Positions 59,098 to 64,000 of a stretch of 64,000 nt of DNA are shown here, piece by piece. Origin of the DNA: Piedraia hortae CBS 480.64 (lineage: Eukaryota); contig MU006021.1 of NCBI GenBank assembly GCA_010093745.1, positions 1 to 64,000 of the forward strand. The letters run 5' to 3'. The position numbers and the translations under genes are program-made. The notes under the pieces are model-generated. The model saw only the letters and a program-made list of their open reading frames with translations, had not been told where the DNA came from and ran no database searches. Within the stretch, counting starts at the first letter, position 1. Each line of letters starts with the position of its first letter.

Positions 59098-61380
59098 CTA
59101 CCCGACCTTGTCCACCAGCTCCCGATACAGACGCTTCATTTCCTTGACATCCTGCTTCAGATCCTCCACCTCTTCCTCTTTCTCCCCCAGCATCTCCAAG
59201 CTGGCGTCATATCGCTTGCGCAGCTGGCCCAGTTCGGCCTTGAGCTTCGTTGCGCTCTCGTCCTTTTCCGTCTGGGCCTCGCGCAACAGCCGCACAACCT
59301 CTTCCCGCGCCTCGTCCCGTTGACGGGCCAATCGGGCAGCTTCTTGGCCAAAGTTGGCCTTTTCGGCTTCAAGGCGACGGACAGCCGCGCTGAGGCGTTC
59401 CATCATCTGCACGCTGGGGCCCGCCTGGGCCATGGAGGTGCTGGTGGTGTCGTTCGGGTTGCGGCCCGAAGATCCCACCGCGCTGCCCTCGTCGTGGTCA
59501 AATTCCTGGGACGGCGCGGCCGGCATGCCGGGAATGCTTGGAAGCTGATGCCAAGTCGAGCTCGTTTCGCGGCTCATGGAAGGCGACAGGCCGAAGGCAC
59601 TGACGTTGCGGCTCATGGCTGGCGAGCGATCCGAAGGCGTCACACGGCCCATGGCTGTGGTCAGACGACGAGGTCGTTCTACCCCTTCGCACAGCAGCGG
59701 CGACGCGCTGGGCGGCCGTGGTTGAGCGAGCTGTCGCCATTTGACCCGCTCTTCTTCGATGCGGCAGTCCACTTCGGCTTCCCACAGTTGGCGTTGCTTT
59801 GCAGCGTCCGCCTTTGCTTCCTTCGCACTGCTTTCGGCCCGCGAGAGCCTCTTTCTTACCTCGTCTAGCTCCTCTCGCAGACCGTCGAGGTCCCGGTTAA
59901 GGCTACGTATCTTCCCCTCAGCCGCTTCGAGCTCCTCGTCCGTCTTCCGCTTGCTCATGCCAACCTCACGCGCCTTCTTCCGCACCCGAGTCTCGCGTTG
60001 AACGGCTTCGTCGCGTTCCGCCTCCATCTGGGATAGGCGGGCGTTGAGGGAAGCCTCGATGGTTTCCCAGTTTGCCTTGGCAACCGAGTATTGGTTCATG
60101 AGCGTTTCGCTCTGCCGCAGAAGCTTCGTTTGGGCTTCTGACCCGGCACCGGCCGACGTCGCCTCTTCGGCAACGACGCGCATCGCCTCCAGCCGAGCTT
60201 CGAGCCCGCTGACCTGGTCTTTGAGCTCCGATTCGGCTGCGGCCGAGCGCTCCTGCTGTTGCTCCAGCTCCGCGTTGAGACGCCGTATCTCTGAACGTGC
60301 TCTGTCCCGCGCTTCTTCCACGCCCGCCCTCGCCTTCCCGAGCTCCTCTTCGAGCTCGCTGACTTTGTCGACGTCGTGGGTTTGGCTCTGCGCCCGTGCC
60401 TCTTTGAGCTGCCTTGTCAGCGTTCCGATTTGCTCTGACATGGCGTCGCGTTCAACACGAAGCCCTTCCACCCGTTCCTCCAACGCGGCTATCTGACGGC
60501 CCCGCTCTTCCACCCGTTTCTCCCATCCCTCTGCCCTGCCGAGTTTTTGCTTCAGCACCGATTCGGCGTGTTCGGCCCGCTCCAGTTTCTGCTCCAGGGT
60601 GGCAGCGGCTTTGCCGTCCGTGGCTGCTTTGGCCTTGAGCCTCTTGATGGTTTGGAGGTGCTTCATCTCGGCCATGCTCAGCTTTTCCCCTTCCTGCATC
60701 AGAAGCGCGATTTGCTTGTCCTTTTCTGCCAATCTGCTGTCGCTGCCGCTTCCGTTCCCAGATCCCAGCCCTTCGGCGGCTGCCAAAGTCTCCTCGGTGA
60801 GGTACTTCAGCTTGGACTGGAGGGCATCAACCTTCTCTATGTATATCAGCCGTTCCTCCTGCCATTGTTGCTCGTTTCTGGTGGATTCGAGCTGCAGACG
60901 CTCCACTTCGTCCTCCAACTTCGTGACGCTCTCCTCCGCGTTCTTGGTCCCGATGCTTTCGGCCCCGTCTGTCGGCTCTAGAACGGTCGGTGTCGTGACG
61001 TCGGTCGACGTGCGGGCCGGGTTTACGGACACTTTCCGGTCCGCCAACGCGCTGCTGCCCTGCTCAGACGCGACCGGCTCGGTGGCTATCCCGGCCGTTC
61101 CCGCGCCGTTCCGGCCATACGGACTGCTGTCCTCCTTCTTGGCACTTGCCCTGGCCAGACGCTGGGCCAGAGTTTCGTTGGTTCTTCCCCTCGAAGCGTC
61201 TCGGGAGGCCGATGTCTGGTCCTTCTTGGCCTCTTTCAGCGCCGCTTCCGCCGCCCGTTGACGTGCCGAAGCCTCGCTGTCTTCGGCCAGGATTGTGTCC
61301 AGCCGCGATTCGAGGTTCGCAACAGCGCCCGACAGCAGCGACCCCCATCCCTTCTTTGCTCCTTTTGACGGTGAGGACAT
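59098..61380 (-). CDS. TMF1/Sgm1-like coiled-coil golgin
   Basis: EKDKQIALLMQEGEKLS and C-terminal RYDASLEMLGEKEEEVEDLKQDVKEMKRLYR; long coiled coil. Confidence 0.9.
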   Translation of the reverse strand: MSSPSKGAKKGWGSLLSGAVANLESRLDTILAEDSEASARQRAAEAALKEAKKDQTSASRDASRGRTNETLAQRLARASAKKEDSSPYGRNGAGTAGIATEPVASEQGSSALADRKVSVNPARTSTDVTTPTVLEPTDGAESIGTKNAEESVTKLEDEVERLQLESTRNEQQWQEERLIYIEKVDALQSKLKYLTEETLAAAEGLGSGNGSGSDSRLAEKDKQIALLMQEGEKLSMAEMKHLQTIKRLKAKAATDGKAAATLEQKLERAEHAESVLKQKLGRAEGWEKRVEERGRQIAALEERVEGLRVERDAMSEQIGTLTRQLKEARAQSQTHDVDKVSELEEELGKARAGVEEARDRARSEIRRLNAELEQQQERSAAAESELKDQVSGLEARLEAMRVVAEEATSAGAGSEAQTKLLRQSETLMNQYSVAKANWETIEASLNARLSQMEAERDEAVQRETRVRKKAREVGMSKRKTDEELEAAEGKIRSLNRDLDGLREELDEVRKRLSRAESSAKEAKADAAKQRQLWEAEVDCRIEEERVKWRQLAQPRPPSASPLLCEGVERPRRLTTAMGRVTPSDRSPAMSRNVSAFGLSPSMSRETSSTWHQLPSIPGMPAAPSQEFDHDEGSAVGSSGRNPNDTTSTSMAQAGPSVQMMERLSAAVRRLEAEKANFGQEAARLARQRDEAREEVVRLLREAQTEKDESATKLKAELGQLRKRYDASLEMLGEKEEEVEDLKQDVKEMKRLYRELVDKVG

Positions 61381-61511
61381 GGTTGTCTATTTCCCCATTA
61401 GGCAGTCTACGTAAAGCGATGTGATAGGCTGTCGGAGTCAACTGTTCACCGTCTACGTGTGACGCCCAGACCCCTAAGAAGCCGCTGAAATTCGGTGGCG
61501 CCGCCCTCACC

Positions 61512-62174
61512 ATGTCACTCCCGCCCGCTCCTCCCCCAAAGCAGCCCAGAGGCCCCCCACCGCCCCCGCCACCTGTTCCGCTGGTCTCCGAGCTCCCCGG
61601 TGAACCCACCGAGTCCGATGACGATGCCTTACCCGCCAGCCAGGATTGGCTGCCCGAATCCGTCAAGGACATGAGCGCCGGGGACTTGGAGGACCTTTTG
61701 CAAGACCAAAGCCTCCAGGCGGCACTGCTACAACGCACAGGAACCGGTCATCCCGCCGTGATGGCATCACAAAACGCTCTACGGCCACTGCTCGAAACTA
61801 ACGTTCGCGTGGCAAACTCGCTAGAGGAATCCGAGGGCAAGCTGAAGCAGCAAAGGGAACAGACACAGTCACGGTTGCTGGCGTTACGGGCGCTGGAGCA
61901 GCAGCACAGGTCCAAACTGGCCGAGACCGAACGCGCGCTGCGCAGCTTCAGCCCCATGGCCTTGTACCAGCGGCTGTCGGCCGGCGCACAAGAACAGGAC
62001 CGCTTGGTCGAGGAAATTGAGCAGAACTGGCTGGAAGAGGGTGGCATGGCCACCGACCGCGAAGTCGTTGATTTCGTCAAGCGGGTCCGAGACGCCAAGC
62101 GGACGGCGTTTCTACGCCGGGAGAGGAAGGCACGTTGGGACGATGGAAGGGTTGGCGGCTGGCGGTGGACTTGA
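61512..62174 (+). CDS. VPS37: ESCRT-I subunit Vps37/Srn2 (Mod(r) domain)
   Basis: Pro-rich N-terminus, coiled coil, FSPMALYQRL...DFVKRVRDAKRTAFLRRERK. Confidence 0.78.
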   Translation: MSLPPAPPPKQPRGPPPPPPPVPLVSELPGEPTESDDDALPASQDWLPESVKDMSAGDLEDLLQDQSLQAALLQRTGTGHPAVMASQNALRPLLETNVRVANSLEESEGKLKQQREQTQSRLLALRALEQQHRSKLAETERALRSFSPMALYQRLSAGAQEQDRLVEEIEQNWLEEGGMATDREVVDFVKRVRDAKRTAFLRRERKARWDDGRVGGWRWT

Positions 62175-62306
62175 TCGTCACCGCCGTGCATCGCGCAGCG
62201 CGATCTGTATAATATTTAGCATGATAAACACGTTGTAGCGCGTGGCTGGCCGCGGGGCGTTGCAGGGGTGGGGCGGTTGTTGTAAAAGACGTGGCTGTTG
62301 TTGTAA

Positions 62307-63888
62307 ATGGAGGTATTGCCCGGCACTTGCCGCGTCCAGGCGCTTGCTGGACCGCGCATTGAGCAGCGACGAGCAAAGAATTACGACACGGTGGATTCGC
62401 ATACTCACCCTCCGTTTTCGAACTCCATTTCGGCTCCACACGCACCCGCTCGTGAAGTTAGTGGAGAAAAACGGCTCGCGGGTTCAGCAGACTCGCCGCC
62501 GCTCCCTCCCTCTCCGCCTCCGCCTCCCTTTGCAGCTCACCGCTTCCATCCGCGCCATTTCCCCGAGGCTGGCGACGCGCCCGCCGTCGTCGCCGAAACA
62601 GAGACCGCGCTTCCCCGCGTCTCCAAGGAGTGTGGGGTCAAGGACGACGACGGCGAGCCGCCGCCCCCGTACACCGAAGGCTCGAGTCCGCTTGACGGTT
62701 TCGGCTACGTCATGGCCGCTGCCGGAGGCGCCGCCAGCATCATCACCCAGGTGCAGCAGAGCGGGCCCCTTCCCGTCAACACTGCACTAGGCTGTAGGCT
62801 TGTCCCGTCACCCAGAGCAGTCCGAGACTAACTGCTACAGCGTCCGATGACATGCTTACGTTGGAGCTCCGGTAAGCTTCATGAGTCTCCCGTTTGCGTG
62901 CGACGAACCCTGACGAAGAACAGCAATGTCCGCTTCAACCTGTCCCGTGACGAGCTCCTCACGCTACCCGAGTTCGTTCTCCTCTCGTTGTTCCCTACCG
63001 GCCTTCTCCCAGATGGCAGCTCAGGCGGTAGTTCTGAAGGCGAAGTGTACCAAGTTGATGTGAGCCCACCGTTTTCCAAAAACTCACAACCCGCTAACAA
63101 GGCAGTACGATCCAATCTCCCTGCGTTACATGCTCGACTTCTTCGGCCGCGTGGCCCAGACCATTCCGCAGTCGTCTGTCGTTGTTGATGATGTTGATGA
63201 TGACGACGACGACGACGACGACGGTGGCGCCGGCGATTCCCCCAGTCAGACGATGCCTATCGAGCCCATGATGGGTAGCCCCCGTGACATGCTGCACGAT
63301 CGCGCCGGCATCATTGTCCTGCGAGAGGATCTCGACTTTTACGCCATCCCGCCGCGCCCCGACATCACTCTTGCCGGAATGATAGATATCAAGCGAGCGG
63401 CCGGGCGCCTTCTGCTGCAACAAGACGGCATCTTCTCCGGCCTCCGTAAGAGCGACTCGCCCGATACCACGGAGCGACATCTAATCGAGATGCTCACCGC
63501 CGGGTAAGTGCCCTTGGCCAACGCTCATGTCTGTGCTGACTGTTAAGCGGTTTCGACGCAAACGATCGCTGGGGCCACCGTGCACCTGAGCCGAACAAGG
63601 CCGTTATCTGCTCAATCGCGCTTGCGCGACTGCGCACCGACGTCCGTGGAGATACCTCACCGCACAGCAGCCAGGCGGTCGGTATGGCCCAAAAGCTCCT
63701 GCTTTTCTGGCGCAAGCCCGCTCGACGTTGCTGGTGGGAGGGAGTTCATCTGGAGGGCGTTGAGGGGGTTTCTGGCCCCTTGAAAGTGTGGATCCGGCGT
63801 GTTTGGACTCTTGAAATGGTTGGTTTCCCTATTGAAAATGCCATGCTGCTTGCTAATGTTCTTTCAGAGCGTAATCGGGCTACGGTAA
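62307..63888 (+). CDS. WHI2: Growth regulation protein Whi2 (multi-exon)
   Basis: SIITQVQQ, LSRDELLTLPEFVLLSLFP, IIVLREDLDFYAIP, HLIEMLTAGGF, KLLLFWRKPARRCWWE, KVWIRRVWTLEM/SVIGLR*; five GT-AG introns; start uncertain (62307 or 62712). Confidence 0.92.
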
Positions 63889-64000
63889 TTGTAACACGTA
63901 CATTTGTCCCTGGAACTACTTTGATAAAAGCACCGCTCAATCGTTTAGGTTTGTGCGTCTACACTTAGAGAATCGATACCCTGTGAACCTCGCATGCCAA

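Noticed and set aside
55521..61738. Many long antisense and alternate-frame ORFs (also across CCH1)
   Set aside because: Expected shadows of GC-rich codon usage; no independent motifs.
1..64000. CRISPR array, prokaryotic defence system or Starship captain
   Set aside because: The DNA is eukaryotic with spliceosomal introns; no repeat-spacer array or tyrosine recombinase was recognised.

Overview
Filamentous ascomycete (Pezizomycotina) nuclear DNA. Compact, intron-poor blocks of conserved genes (about 6.5-17, 29-40 and 55-64 kb) contain PRP5, a mitochondrial HMG-box protein, a C2H2 factor, an SVIP-like p97 adaptor, a GPI-type protein, a SAM-type carrier, RRP1, CCH1, RTT107/BRC1, an intron-containing tRNA-Ser(AGA), a UBE2S-like E2, RRP42, a TMF/SGM1 golgin, VPS37 and WHI2. 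These alternate with transposon graveyards (about 1-5, 17-29 and 40.3-55.2 kb). The graveyards hold about 15 short LTR-like relics in four families; several have TG...CA ends and 5-bp target-site duplications (TSDs), and no internal gag/pol was recognised. They also hold pogo, CACTA-like and LINE remnants, a GH17 pseudogene, a spliced gene split by a solo LTR, and a NACHT-WD40 NLR with two nonsense codons. I found no clearly new biological system. The best leads are the solo-LTR landscape and its gene-disrupting effects, the two-gene CACTA-like element, and the truncated NLR. All homology calls come from motif recognition by eye; no searches were run.
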